From an uncultured virus (IMG/VR IMGVR_UViG_3300021400_000397) (lineage: Duplodnaviria > Heunggongvirae > Uroviricota > Caudoviricetes): a stretch of 64,000 nt of DNA. Positions within the stretch are counted from its first letter, which is position 1; each line of letters begins with the position of its first letter. The notes under the pieces are model-generated. The model searched no databases. It was not told the origin of the DNA and worked only from the letters and a program-made list of their open reading frames with translations. The DNA is taken from the IMG/VR virus record IMGVR_UViG_3300021400_000397, one strand, 5' to 3'. The position numbers and the translations under genes were made by a program. Below, piece after piece: positions 1-9,328 of this stretch.

Positions 1-1
1 G

Positions 2-265
2 CCGCGGGGGGCGGGGGGGGGGCGGCGGGGGCCCTTGTGCTGGGCGGCGGACGCGGCGGGGGCCGAGGGGGCCCGGCCCCGGGCGGAGTCGGGGGTGGCC
101 GCCGCCGAGGCCGCGTGCGCGGCGGCGCTGTCCGCCGCCGACGCCCTGTGGGGGGACTCCCGGGCCGCGGGCCCGTTCGCCGCGCTGGAGGACGCCGTCG
201 CCGCGGCGTCCGCGGCGCTGCGCGCCGCCGAGGCCGCCGTGTGGGCGTACGCCCGCGGGGCCTAG
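2..265 (+). CDS. 3' end of an Ala-rich hypothetical protein (probably truncated by the window edge)
   Basis: Frame is open from position 2; its TAG overlaps the stop of the convergent minus gene (CTAG at 262-265). Confidence 0.35.
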   Translation, partial: PRGAGGGRRGPLCWAADAAGAEGARPRAESGVAAAEAACAAALSAADALWGDSRAAGPFAALEDAVAAASAALRAAEAAVWAYARGA

Positions 266-675
266 TCCAGCGCCACCACCGTGACCGCGGCCCGGTAGTC
301 GGCCCAGTACTTCCCGCCCTCCGGCCCCTCGGCCCTGTACAGGAGGCGGTTTGTCACGTCCAGCCCGTTTTCCGGCAGCTCCGCCGCGTGCTTCACCGAC
401 AGGCTTGGGGTCGCCGAGCCGTCGTGCGCCACGGACGCGTATATGGCGCCGGACGGCGCCCTGCCCGCCGCAAGCGCGGCGAGCGCGGTGTCGGAGCACG
501 TCAGCCACTTCCTCCCGAACGAGAGCCCGCACCTGACGACCTTGTCCCCCTCGATGTCGAACGCCCCCGGCGCGCCACCTCCTCCCCCGCCTCCGACGCC
601 GACGGCGTCCCCGCCGCCGAGCATCCCGTTGAAGAACCCCACTGCGCTTAGCTGCGCGTTCCCCTCGTCTACCAT
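262..675 (-). CDS. Hypothetical protein (137 aa), Gly-rich linker, possibly virion/tail-associated
   Basis: Strong RBS (AAAGGAGG) before the ATG; lies directly downstream of the 1210-aa gene. Confidence 0.7.
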   Translation of the reverse strand: MVDEGNAQLSAVGFFNGMLGGGDAVGVGGGGGGGAPGAFDIEGDKVVRCGLSFGRKWLTCSDTALAALAAGRAPSGAIYASVAHDGSATPSLSVKHAAELPENGLDVTNRLLYRAEGPEGGKYWADYRAAVTVVALD

Positions 676-693
676 TCCGACCTCCTTTCGCCG

Positions 694-3600
694 CTACAGC
701 GCGGTCCCGTTCCACATGTCGGCGGCGGCCGCGCCCGGCATGTCCATCACGACGCCCTTCGTCTCCACCTTCGTTATGAGGTCGTACGAGTACGACTGCC
801 CGCTCGGGTGGTACGCGAACTGCGACCCCTTTATGACGCCGCCGGCGAGGGCCTCCTCCATCCGGTCCTTGCCCACGCCGCCGCCCTTCACGTGCGTCTC
901 CTTCGTGACCACCTTGAGCAGCTTGGCCTGGCTGATCGGGATGAAGTTGACGGACACGACCTCGATCGGGCCGGACTCCCAGTAGTCCTCCTTGGTGTTC
1001 CCGCCCGCCGCCCACGACTTCGGCGTGAACGTCGTGGTCAGGGAGATCGCCCCGTCCCACAGCCGGAACCTGTTGGGGCTTATGTTCAGGGACGGGTGGT
1101 TGGCGAAGCTGCCCTCCCAGCCCTCGTACTTCAGTGTCTGGATGTGCCCTATCCACCCCTTGACCTGCGTCATCGTCGCGTTCCTGAACACGATGAAGTC
1201 GTAGAACACGGCGAGGCCCTTGCTGGTGGTCTTCTCGAAGTGGAGCCAGCCGGAGTCCACCTCCGTCGGGGTCTCCTCCTTCGTGCGGACCGTGTACCTG
1301 CGGCCGTTGGTCAGCTGCGCCTCGACGGACTGGATCAGCTCCTCCTCGTCGAAGATCTTGCCCCCCTGCCCGCCGTCTTCCCCGTTGTGGGAGAACTCCT
1401 CCGTGACGGTGGTCGCCCCGAACGCGTCCTCGTATTTCTGGATCTTGAGGTCGGGCTGCAGCTCGTTGTGCGTCGTCTTGCGCTGCTCCCACGTCCCGAT
1501 GTCCGTCAGCGTCCAGGCGTCCTCCCTGTAGACCCCGTTCCCCGCGTCGTCCACGTGCGTGTCCCGCGGCTTCTGCCCCCGCGACCAGGTCTCGGCGTCC
1601 GTGTGCAGGAACGCCGTCTTCTCGCAGGCCTCGGCGGTCTTCAGGTTGTTGAACGGCGTTATCTCGACGGTGGTCAGGTTGCGCCTCTTTCCGCGGGTCT
1701 TCTCGACGACGCGCTCCTTGCCCATGTCCGCCTGGTTCGCGCGCAGGGCGTTCCCCTCCCGCGTCACCTGGACCGCGGTGGTGCGCTTCACCAGCCCGTG
1801 CCTCGTCACGCGCTCGTCGATGCGCTGGCTCTCGACGGCGTTCTCCTGGTTCTCCGTGGACTCTATGTCCCACAGGCCGTCGTCCCCCAGGCGCTGGCGG
1901 ACGGAGGCGTACAGGCCGGACATGTCGGCCGCGGGCTCGAGGTGCTCGTTGTCGAGCGCCTCCTCCGCCGTGCGGCCGGTGACGTCCGTGTGCAGGAACA
2001 GGTCCCTCGCGCAGGCCTTCGCGGTGTCCCCCTCGATGGCCCTGATCTCCGTGTCCTCGACGTTCCACAGGCCGCCGCGGGTCTTCGAGCGGACGAGCCT
2101 CCGTCCGACGTCCCTGGCCACCGGCTCCGGGTCCCTGCCCCCGTCGCCCGTGTTCCTGGTCACGGTCGTCTTGGCCCACATGCGCGACGTGACCGTGAAC
2201 CTCTCCTCGCTCTTCTCGACCAGCCGCTCCTCGTGGGTGTTCTCCGTCACCTCCCACAGCCCGTCGTCGCCGAGCCTCGCCGCGCGTTCGCGGTATTTTC
2301 CGCCGGAACCGCCGTCCACGTGGTCGGCGGGCTTGCTGTCGCGCATGTTCGTCGTGCCGTCGGAGTGCAGGAACAGGTCCTTCTCGCAGGTGGCCCCGTT
2401 TTCCTGCGCCCTCGGCGCGGTGGTCGTCCGCGTGACGTTGTAGCGTCCCCCGGGGGTCACCTCCCATTCGGTCTCCTGCCCCGGGTTGGCCGCGTCCGGC
2501 GGCCTTGCCGCGGCGTTGGACTCCGTCGACCGCACCACGGTCCCGCGCGCGGTGACCCGGACGGTCCGCCGGGACTCAGGGACGTGCAGCTCCGTGGTGT
2601 CCCGGTCGCGCCGCGTGATCGCCCCCGTGGTGGTGTCCACGACGAACGTCCTCTGGTACGTGTGCCCGCCGCCCGCGTCCTGCGCCTCGGCGCCGACCGC
2701 GTCCGCCGACGTGACGTCCTCGTGCATGTGCTGGTACACGGTCTTGGCGCACTCGAACCCGAGGCGCAGGCCCGTGACGCGCAGGAACGTCTGCACGTCC
2801 ACGTCGTACATCCCCCCGTTCGTGAGCTTGACCTCCACGCTCGTCCCCGTATTCCCGCTGGAGTACAGCTGGTCGGCGTACGCGGCCGACACGCTCCTGT
2901 GCAGGTACCCGGAGGTCGTGCCCAGGTAGCCCCACGTACGGCGCCGCACCGCGTACTCGACGGTGTGCTCCTGCTCCGTCCTCACGCGCCGCGTCACGAA
3001 GCCCTCGCCGTCCGTGTCGTAGTGCCACGTCGTCACGAGCCCGTTTCCGGCCGGGGGCACGTGGGCCCCCGCGGGCACCTCCCCCACGCTCGCCTGGGTT
3101 TCGTGCGTCTTCATGAACGCGGTGTCGTTGCACACCAGCCCGAGGTTGTCTACGAGCTGCTTCGTGTACTCGCTGTACTCGTTCGTGAACAGCCCGCCGG
3201 GGGTCTTCGTGGACTTCCAGGAGCCGAACTGCGTCGATATGCCGGACGCCGCGCGGGGCTGGTTGGTGTCCACCCACGACGACAGGACGCCCCGCGGGGT
3301 CCGGCGCACCTCCACCGTGGACGACGGGACGGGGCGCTCCGTCTCGACCTCGGTCGCGTTGTTCCACGTCCCGTCCTCGTTGTGCTCGGACGTGTACCTG
3401 GTCATGACGCCGCCCGAGTACTCCACCCCGGTCCTGGGCAGCGGGGAGAACGCGTTCAGCACGCGCTCCGAGGCGTTGATCTTGTACTGGTCGCGGTATA
3501 TCGAGTACTGGGCCGCCGGGTCCGTCACGGCGTCGACCGTCTGCACGGTGACCCTGTACGTGCAGTCCGGGTTCCTGTAGACGTCGACCTTCACGGACCG

Positions 3601-4326
3601 CCCGTCCGGCTGCTCGCAGGGGGCCGGGATGGGCAGGGCGGCGCCCCCTCCCCGCACCGAGTCCCACCGGAACGCCCCCGGCTCCCCGTAGACGTTGTCC
3701 CAGGACTCCGTCGTCACGCGGCGCCTCGCGTCGCAGTTGTCGACGTGCGGCGCCACGTGGACCGTCAGCGCCTGCACCTTCCTCACCCGGTACGAGAACA
3801 GGTCCGTCTCCCGGTCGCGGCTCACGTCGGTCACCTGGTAGCTTATCCCCTGCGCGCCGTCCGGGCAGTCCGCCACCGACGGCTCGTCCCAGTGGTACTC
3901 GGTCTCCCCGACCTGGGCGCAGCTCGACTCGTCCCCGAACATGAACGTGTCGCCGAGCTCGTCGTCGAGCAGCAGGTCCTGTATGATCGTGTACGTGGGG
4001 TCCTTGCCCCCGGTCGTGTGCTCGATCCCGTCCTTCCTGATGAACGTGTTGGTCGGGCGGTACAGCAGGTCGTCCGTCTCGCAGTCGAAGACCGGCGACT
4101 TGTACGGGGCCGACTCCTTCAGGAGCGACAGCACGAGGGTCTTCATCCCCACCGGGGTTCCGTTGAGGAACCGGCGGATGCGCGTCGGGAGCTGCCGGTA
4201 CACCCCGGTCTTCGGGTTGTACCTGGAGCGGTGCTGGAGGGTCTGGAGCCTCCACTTGGATTGGGCCATGTCGAGCCACGCCTTGGCGCGCGCGACCTCG
4301 GCCAGGTCCTTGGTTGTGTCTGCCAT
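694..4326 (-). CDS. 1210-aa Thr/Glu/Arg/Val-rich repeat protein, probable tail/virion structural protein
   Basis: RBS AGGAG, upstream promoter, GC3-biased codons; ~125-aa repeats with CxKxxFxHxD and TxGGx(W/Y)xV motifs. Function is inferred. Confidence 0.7.
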   Translation of the reverse strand: MADTTKDLAEVARAKAWLDMAQSKWRLQTLQHRSRYNPKTGVYRQLPTRIRRFLNGTPVGMKTLVLSLLKESAPYKSPVFDCETDDLLYRPTNTFIRKDGIEHTTGGKDPTYTIIQDLLLDDELGDTFMFGDESSCAQVGETEYHWDEPSVADCPDGAQGISYQVTDVSRDRETDLFSYRVRKVQALTVHVAPHVDNCDARRRVTTESWDNVYGEPGAFRWDSVRGGGAALPIPAPCEQPDGRSVKVDVYRNPDCTYRVTVQTVDAVTDPAAQYSIYRDQYKINASERVLNAFSPLPRTGVEYSGGVMTRYTSEHNEDGTWNNATEVETERPVPSSTVEVRRTPRGVLSSWVDTNQPRAASGISTQFGSWKSTKTPGGLFTNEYSEYTKQLVDNLGLVCNDTAFMKTHETQASVGEVPAGAHVPPAGNGLVTTWHYDTDGEGFVTRRVRTEQEHTVEYAVRRRTWGYLGTTSGYLHRSVSAAYADQLYSSGNTGTSVEVKLTNGGMYDVDVQTFLRVTGLRLGFECAKTVYQHMHEDVTSADAVGAEAQDAGGGHTYQRTFVVDTTTGAITRRDRDTTELHVPESRRTVRVTARGTVVRSTESNAAARPPDAANPGQETEWEVTPGGRYNVTRTTTAPRAQENGATCEKDLFLHSDGTTNMRDSKPADHVDGGSGGKYRERAARLGDDGLWEVTENTHEERLVEKSEERFTVTSRMWAKTTVTRNTGDGGRDPEPVARDVGRRLVRSKTRGGLWNVEDTEIRAIEGDTAKACARDLFLHTDVTGRTAEEALDNEHLEPAADMSGLYASVRQRLGDDGLWDIESTENQENAVESQRIDERVTRHGLVKRTTAVQVTREGNALRANQADMGKERVVEKTRGKRRNLTTVEITPFNNLKTAEACEKTAFLHTDAETWSRGQKPRDTHVDDAGNGVYREDAWTLTDIGTWEQRKTTHNELQPDLKIQKYEDAFGATTVTEEFSHNGEDGGQGGKIFDEEELIQSVEAQLTNGRRYTVRTKEETPTEVDSGWLHFEKTTSKGLAVFYDFIVFRNATMTQVKGWIGHIQTLKYEGWEGSFANHPSLNISPNRFRLWDGAISLTTTFTPKSWAAGGNTKEDYWESGPIEVVSVNFIPISQAKLLKVVTKETHVKGGGVGKDRMEEALAGGVIKGSQFAYHPSGQSYSYDLITKVETKGVVMDMPGAAAADMWNGTAL

Positions 4327-4366
4327 GTCTGGTCTCCTGTTCTGGAGGGAGGGTTTACATGGTGGT

Positions 4367-4396
4367 ATTATACCACAAAGGGGGCCGCCCCCACAA
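4367..4396 (-). promoter_or_regulatory. sigma70-like promoter for the 1210-aa gene
   Basis: Minus strand TTGTGG-18 nt-TATAAT with TGTG extended -10. Confidence 0.65.
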
Positions 4397-4402
4397 TCCC
4401 GC

Positions 4403-4432
4403 TTGCGCGCCGCCCGAGGGTTGTGCTATAAT
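4403..4432 (+). promoter_or_regulatory. sigma70-like promoter for the adhesin/tail-fibre operon (divergent pair)
   Basis: TTGCGC-18 nt-TATAAT with TGTGC extended -10. Confidence 0.7.
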
Positions 4433-4475
4433 ATCCTCGACATCTGGAGGGGATGTCTTGCGAAAGGAACCTGCC

Positions 4476-7400
4476 GTGGAAGAGAAGCATAGACCCGTCC
4501 ATCCGTTTGCGCACCCCAGCCCAGTGCCGCGAATAACCCCTGCTGCGCCGCCGCACTCGCGGTGGTTCCTCCCCGTCATGTCCGTGGAACACGTGCGCCC
4601 CGGGCCCGACGGCGACGTCCGGCTGGACCTGGAACAGAGGTTCGCGTCGCGCGAGGTCGTGCAGGGCATCGTGTCCAAGATGCCCTCCGCCGCCTCGCCG
4701 TCCAACCTCCTCGCGGACAGGCAGTGGGTGAGAGACCACGCGTCCCAGGCCGTGAAGGACAAGGCCGACAAGGTCTCCGGCGCGGCCGACGGCGATTTCG
4801 CGGGGCTCGACGGGAGCGGGAACCTGACGGACAGCGGGAAGAAGCCGTCCGACTACGAGTTCGAGTCCGGCGCGTCCGGGAAGGTCTCCGACCCCTGGGC
4901 GTGCGTTCCGCCCACGACGCCGTACGGCACCCCGTTCTCCGTGAAGTGGACCGCGGACCCGGCGGAGGGCGAGGGCTGGGCGCTGTTCGCGGGCGGCACG
5001 AAGCAGGGGAGGGTCCTGGGGAACGAGGGGTCCACGGAGCTGTCGTGGTCCCCGGCGGCCCAGACGTCCGGATTCACCGTGTCCGCGGCGCGCCAGCTCT
5101 CGGGAACCGAGTACCACCTGAAGGGCCAGCCGAACGCGAAGCTCCAGCCGGCGGGCGACTACGCCTCCGGCAGGCAGGGCGCAAGGGCCGACACCGCGGT
5201 GCAGCCCCCGGACCTGCTCGGGTTCGTGGACGGTGCGGACTACGACGCGGCGTACGGCAATCCGCCGAAGCCCACCATCCTCCTGAAGCACGGGTCCACG
5301 GTCGTGGCGTCGGTCGACGCGACCGCTTTCGTCATAGACGGAATGGTGGAGGACGTGAGGATCGAGGGTGGAAACCTCGTCATCGTGTTCAACACCGCTG
5401 CCGGCGGCAGGGAGATAGACATCCCGCTGACCGACATCTTCGACCCCGCGAACTACTACGACAAGGACGCGGTGGACGAGAAGCTGGGCAAGAAGCGCGA
5501 CAAGACGGACCTCAACGTCTACCCCCCTGTATACTCCGATTGGGTGATCGTCGTCGGTGGTGCTGCGCTTACCGATGGACATAGACTCGCATGGCGATCC
5601 GACGTGAATGTGTGGCAGGTCTATGACAAGAACGGCCTCGGGGCGGGAATGAGCAGCACGTCCACGGAGGATGCTCTTTCCTGTTCTGGATTCATCACTG
5701 GCGTGAGCGCGGGGTCGACATTCACGGCGACGCGCTCGCGCAGCAGCGACACCCTCGTCAAAGCATCGCAGATACCCCCGGCGACTGTCGGCAAGATAGT
5801 CTATGCTACCTGCCACACCGACCAATCCAATGCCAATAAGGTGGCCGGGACAGCGGCGGGGGGTTTCAGCCCCACGGCGGGGGCCGTTGTGTGCGTTCAT
5901 TTTGACAGGTTCCCGTCGGGTGAGTCTACTCTTTCGGTAGATGATTCGGATGCTTACCCGATATGGCTAAGACTTTTTGCCGATGGCACCGGGTTACGCG
6001 CCGGAGAGAGCTCATGGGGTAACAATGACAATGTACTGGTGCTTTTCATGGGCGACAAGTGGCTTATGCTAGGTGCAGTTCCAGCGACGCCCGACGAGTA
6101 TGGTACTGTCCATCTTAAGCATAGTCTCGATGACAATGATTCGCGGGCCACGGTCAACCAGCCCACGCTCAAGGCAGCGTTCGACAGGAAGCTCGACGCC
6201 ACGGAAGGCGTTCTCAATGCGCTGGGCTATGTCTACTCGGACTGGGATATGTCCGCGTTCCCCGCGACATTCCAGAGTTCCCAGCCGCAGACATACTACA
6301 ATGATGTTGTCAACAAATATGAGTGGATCATCCTCACCGGCAGCGTAGTGGTCAGCGACGAGAAATACGACACCGAGGCCGACGCGCTCGCGGCTTTGTC
6401 GATCACCCTGCGCGGACCGCAGTTGCCGGACGGAGCCGTGGCGACCCGCGCGCGGACGGCGACATCGTACCGCCTCGGCACGGCGGGAGGACCAAATGCC
6501 GGCAAGCCGCTCCAGCCAGCTGGCGACTACGCAACCAAAGTCTCGCCCGCGACAGCGGGCAACCTCGCACAGCTGACGCAGGACGGCGGGATAGAGGACA
6601 GTGGCGTGAAGGTGTCCGCCAAGCTCGACTCGTCCGCAACGGGGTTCGCCGAGTTCGACGCGACGAGGACCTATGTGGCCGGGGTCGCCGTGGTGTACAA
6701 GGGCCACGCATACATAAGCACCACGACGCACTCGGGGGCATGGGACCCCGGCCACTTCGACGAGATGCCAGTGGTCGTCAACCGCACCACCGCGACCGGC
6801 GGGGTCGCGGTCGGCGAGGGGGCGAAGGCGACCAACGACGGGACCGCCGCCGGCCGGGGCGCCGAGGCTAACGCCACCGGGTCCGTGGCCACGGGGGCAA
6901 GCGCCTTCGTGGGCAACACCTCGGACAAGGGCGTCGCGGTGGGCTCCGACGCCAAGGTGTACGCCCAGCACGGCACGGCGGTCGGCCACGGGGCGGAAGT
7001 CAGCGCCGAGAAGGCGGCGGCCTTCGGGTACAACGCCAAGGTGGCGGCCAGCAAGACGGGCGCCGTCCAGCTGGGGGCGGGGACGAACCAGCATGCGTAC
7101 TCCCTCCAGTTCAGGAGCACGACCGTCGTCGACACCAACGGCAAGATCCCGGCGGCCAACCTGGACGACAGCTTCAAGATCGCCGGCGACGCGGCGTACA
7201 AGACATGGGAGATCTCCGGCGGCACCGGGGACGACGGGCACGGCGGGGACAACCAGGCGATCTACTCCAGGGGCACCTACACCTACGACGCGGCGAGCGG
7301 CACGTGGGTGCGCGACGCCAGCCGCCTCATCCGCCGCAAGGCCGGCACGACCAATTTCTTCGAGCTCGTCGCGGACCCGGGCTCGTCGAACCCGGGCGTC

Positions 7401-7658
7401 ATTACGACGTTCGAGGGGTTCGGGTCTCACGTCATCGAGAGCATGACCTACTCCGACTACACGTCGACCGGCGTATCCATCGCCAGCTCGGCGCCGGACA
7501 CCCTCGCGCGCAACAGCGACGTCCAGAACAACGCGGGCGCGATTGAGTACCTGCGCCGCATGTTCTCGGGGCAGATGCTTCCGCAGAACCCGACGCAGAA
7601 CCAGATGGCCAAGGTCGTGAAGACGATCTTCACCCAGCTCGGAGGGACAATACAGTAA
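4476..7658 (+). CDS. Mosaic tail-fibre/adhesin-like protein with YadA-head-like repeats and a small CBM5/12-like motif
   Basis: GTG start after AAAGGA, downstream of the promoter; GVAVG/GTAVG/AAAFG repeats at 6800-7090; FDATRTYVAGVAVVYKGHAY motif; internal duplicated segments. Confidence 0.7.
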   Translation: MEEKHRPVHPFAHPSPVPRITPAAPPHSRWFLPVMSVEHVRPGPDGDVRLDLEQRFASREVVQGIVSKMPSAASPSNLLADRQWVRDHASQAVKDKADKVSGAADGDFAGLDGSGNLTDSGKKPSDYEFESGASGKVSDPWACVPPTTPYGTPFSVKWTADPAEGEGWALFAGGTKQGRVLGNEGSTELSWSPAAQTSGFTVSAARQLSGTEYHLKGQPNAKLQPAGDYASGRQGARADTAVQPPDLLGFVDGADYDAAYGNPPKPTILLKHGSTVVASVDATAFVIDGMVEDVRIEGGNLVIVFNTAAGGREIDIPLTDIFDPANYYDKDAVDEKLGKKRDKTDLNVYPPVYSDWVIVVGGAALTDGHRLAWRSDVNVWQVYDKNGLGAGMSSTSTEDALSCSGFITGVSAGSTFTATRSRSSDTLVKASQIPPATVGKIVYATCHTDQSNANKVAGTAAGGFSPTAGAVVCVHFDRFPSGESTLSVDDSDAYPIWLRLFADGTGLRAGESSWGNNDNVLVLFMGDKWLMLGAVPATPDEYGTVHLKHSLDDNDSRATVNQPTLKAAFDRKLDATEGVLNALGYVYSDWDMSAFPATFQSSQPQTYYNDVVNKYEWIILTGSVVVSDEKYDTEADALAALSITLRGPQLPDGAVATRARTATSYRLGTAGGPNAGKPLQPAGDYATKVSPATAGNLAQLTQDGGIEDSGVKVSAKLDSSATGFAEFDATRTYVAGVAVVYKGHAYISTTTHSGAWDPGHFDEMPVVVNRTTATGGVAVGEGAKATNDGTAAGRGAEANATGSVATGASAFVGNTSDKGVAVGSDAKVYAQHGTAVGHGAEVSAEKAAAFGYNAKVAASKTGAVQLGAGTNQHAYSLQFRSTTVVDTNGKIPAANLDDSFKIAGDAAYKTWEISGGTGDDGHGGDNQAIYSRGTYTYDAASGTWVRDASRLIRRKAGTTNFFELVADPGSSNPGVITTFEGFGSHVIESMTYSDYTSTGVSIASSAPDTLARNSDVQNNAGAIEYLRRMFSGQMLPQNPTQNQMAKVVKTIFTQLGGTIQ

Positions 7659-7674
7659 CTAGGAGGTCAATACA

Positions 7675-8526
7675 ATGAAGAAATACAGACTCGCATTTAT
7701 GTCCTTTGTTTTTGTCGCCATCACTGCGTATGCTCTCTCCCCTGCTACGCAGTGGGGCGACGTTTCTCCGACCAACACCCTTGCGGAGGTGGCGGCGGAC
7801 GCGGGGCTGGCCACGAGCAACGCGGTGAATGCAAAGCTAGACAAGACGGGCGGGACCGCGAGCGGTCTTACCATCACCCCTAGGCTGAAAATAGAGGATG
7901 ATGATTCCTGGTGTACGATCCGTTGGAGTGTCCACGGGTGGTATATTGAGACTGACGAGTCCGCTGATAAGATGTATCTGCCGACGGGCGACGGTACATT
8001 TGCGCTGACATGCGACATCGCCTCTGCCACCAACGCGCTTGCGCTGACTGGGAAAGCCGCCGTCTCGGCGGCGGCGATTGCCGCGACCAACTACACCGAC
8101 GCCGCGATAGGCGGGAGGCTCGATGGCGACAGCATACACATAGGGCGGTATTCTTCAACAGGGAGTGCGCAGTATGCCACGGCTGTCGGGCAAAACGCTT
8201 TTTCCGAATACAACGGCGTGGCGGTCGGTTCAACCGCCAAGGCCGCATCAGGCGAAACAGTTGCGGTAGGAGCGGACACAGTTGCCGCAGAATGGGGAAG
8301 TGCGGCTTTTGGCAAAGGTGCGGAATCCAGAGCGGCGGGGGCGATTCAGATAGGGCAGGGCACAAACAACTCCAACAACACGTTCAAGGTGTTCAACACG
8401 ATGCTGCTCGACGTTGACGGGCACGTGCCTCTGCTTGCGGGCAAGTCCTACGACCTGTCGCTTTCATCGGACGTGACGCGGGTGCTAGGAGACATCATAA
8501 CGGCCCTCGGCGGGACGGTGGAGTAG
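7675..8526 (+). CDS. Signal-peptide-bearing protein with YadA-head-like repeats
   Basis: RBS AGGAGG; N-terminus MKKYRLAFMSFVFVAITAYA; ATAVG/GVAVG/TVAVG/SAAFG repeats. Confidence 0.7.
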   Translation: MKKYRLAFMSFVFVAITAYALSPATQWGDVSPTNTLAEVAADAGLATSNAVNAKLDKTGGTASGLTITPRLKIEDDDSWCTIRWSVHGWYIETDESADKMYLPTGDGTFALTCDIASATNALALTGKAAVSAAAIAATNYTDAAIGGRLDGDSIHIGRYSSTGSAQYATAVGQNAFSEYNGVAVGSTAKAASGETVAVGADTVAAEWGSAAFGKGAESRAAGAIQIGQGTNNSNNTFKVFNTMLLDVDGHVPLLAGKSYDLSLSSDVTRVLGDIITALGGTVE

Positions 8527-8537
8527 GGAGGACTCAA

Positions 8538-8879
8538 ATGGGATTCCAAGACGAGCTTGATAAGGTGTACGGCAGGGTGAACGCCATCGAGTCGAAGGTC
8601 GACGAGACCAACGGCTACCTGCGCGGCGTCGTGGAGTTCAACGAGAAGCTGACCGTGCAGAACGACAAGCTCATCAGGCAGAACACGCGCAACACATACC
8701 TGTTCTTCCTGCTTGGGCTCGTCGGCTGGCTCGTCGTGGCATACGGGGCGGTCGGACGCGACGGGCTGAAGTCCGTGAGGCAGACCCTGCCGTCCGTGCC
8801 CATTCAGGCGGACGCACTCCCGGCGCACAACGATTTCGACAAGTATGCAAACAACCAAAGAAAGGAACCGGCAAAATGA
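8538..8879 (+). CDS. Membrane protein (coiled coil plus one TM segment), holin-like candidate
   Basis: RBS GGAGG; hydrophobic YLFFLLGLVGWLVVAYGAV; position after fibre genes. Confidence 0.5.
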   Translation: MGFQDELDKVYGRVNAIESKVDETNGYLRGVVEFNEKLTVQNDKLIRQNTRNTYLFFLLGLVGWLVVAYGAVGRDGLKSVRQTLPSVPIQADALPAHNDFDKYANNQRKEPAK

Positions 8880-9217
8880 ACATACTCAAGCTGTTCACGC
8901 AGAGCGGACGCCGCGACATCGTGCGCGGACTCCTCAAGGAGTACATCACACCCGAGAACGCCGCGAGGTACGGCGTGCAGGGCGTCAACTCGCTCCTCGG
9001 CAGGATTAACGACAAGGAGAAGCTGGGCGCCGTCGCGCTCAACCTTGAGCAGGGGGCGGACCTCGTGTCGAGCGTCTCCGCCGCGATCAAGGACGGAGAG
9101 GTCACCGCCGTCGAGGCGGCGGGCATCGTCGAGAAGACGAACGCGCTCCTCGGGGCGACGGTCACGCAGGAGAAGCTGGACGCGCTCATCGAGTGCCTCG
9201 TCGAGAAGGTGAAGTGA
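8876..9217 (+). CDS. Hypothetical protein (113 aa)
   Basis: ATGA overlap with the upstream stop; RBS AAAGGA. Confidence 0.7.
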   Translation: MNILKLFTQSGRRDIVRGLLKEYITPENAARYGVQGVNSLLGRINDKEKLGAVALNLEQGADLVSSVSAAIKDGEVTAVEAAGIVEKTNALLGATVTQEKLDALIECLVEKVK

Positions 9218-9328
9218 CTTCGTTTTCGGGCGGGTGCCCGGAACCGCGCGGGACGGGGTTATAGCGGTTGTTTTACCTGGCCCGCGCGGTAGTTCAGAAG
9301 ACACAAGGCAGCCGAAAGGACAACAGAC

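Noticed and set aside
1..31. G-rich run (possible G-quadruplex or genome end)
   Set aside because: At the window edge; cannot be distinguished from a low-complexity coding stretch or a sequencing artefact.
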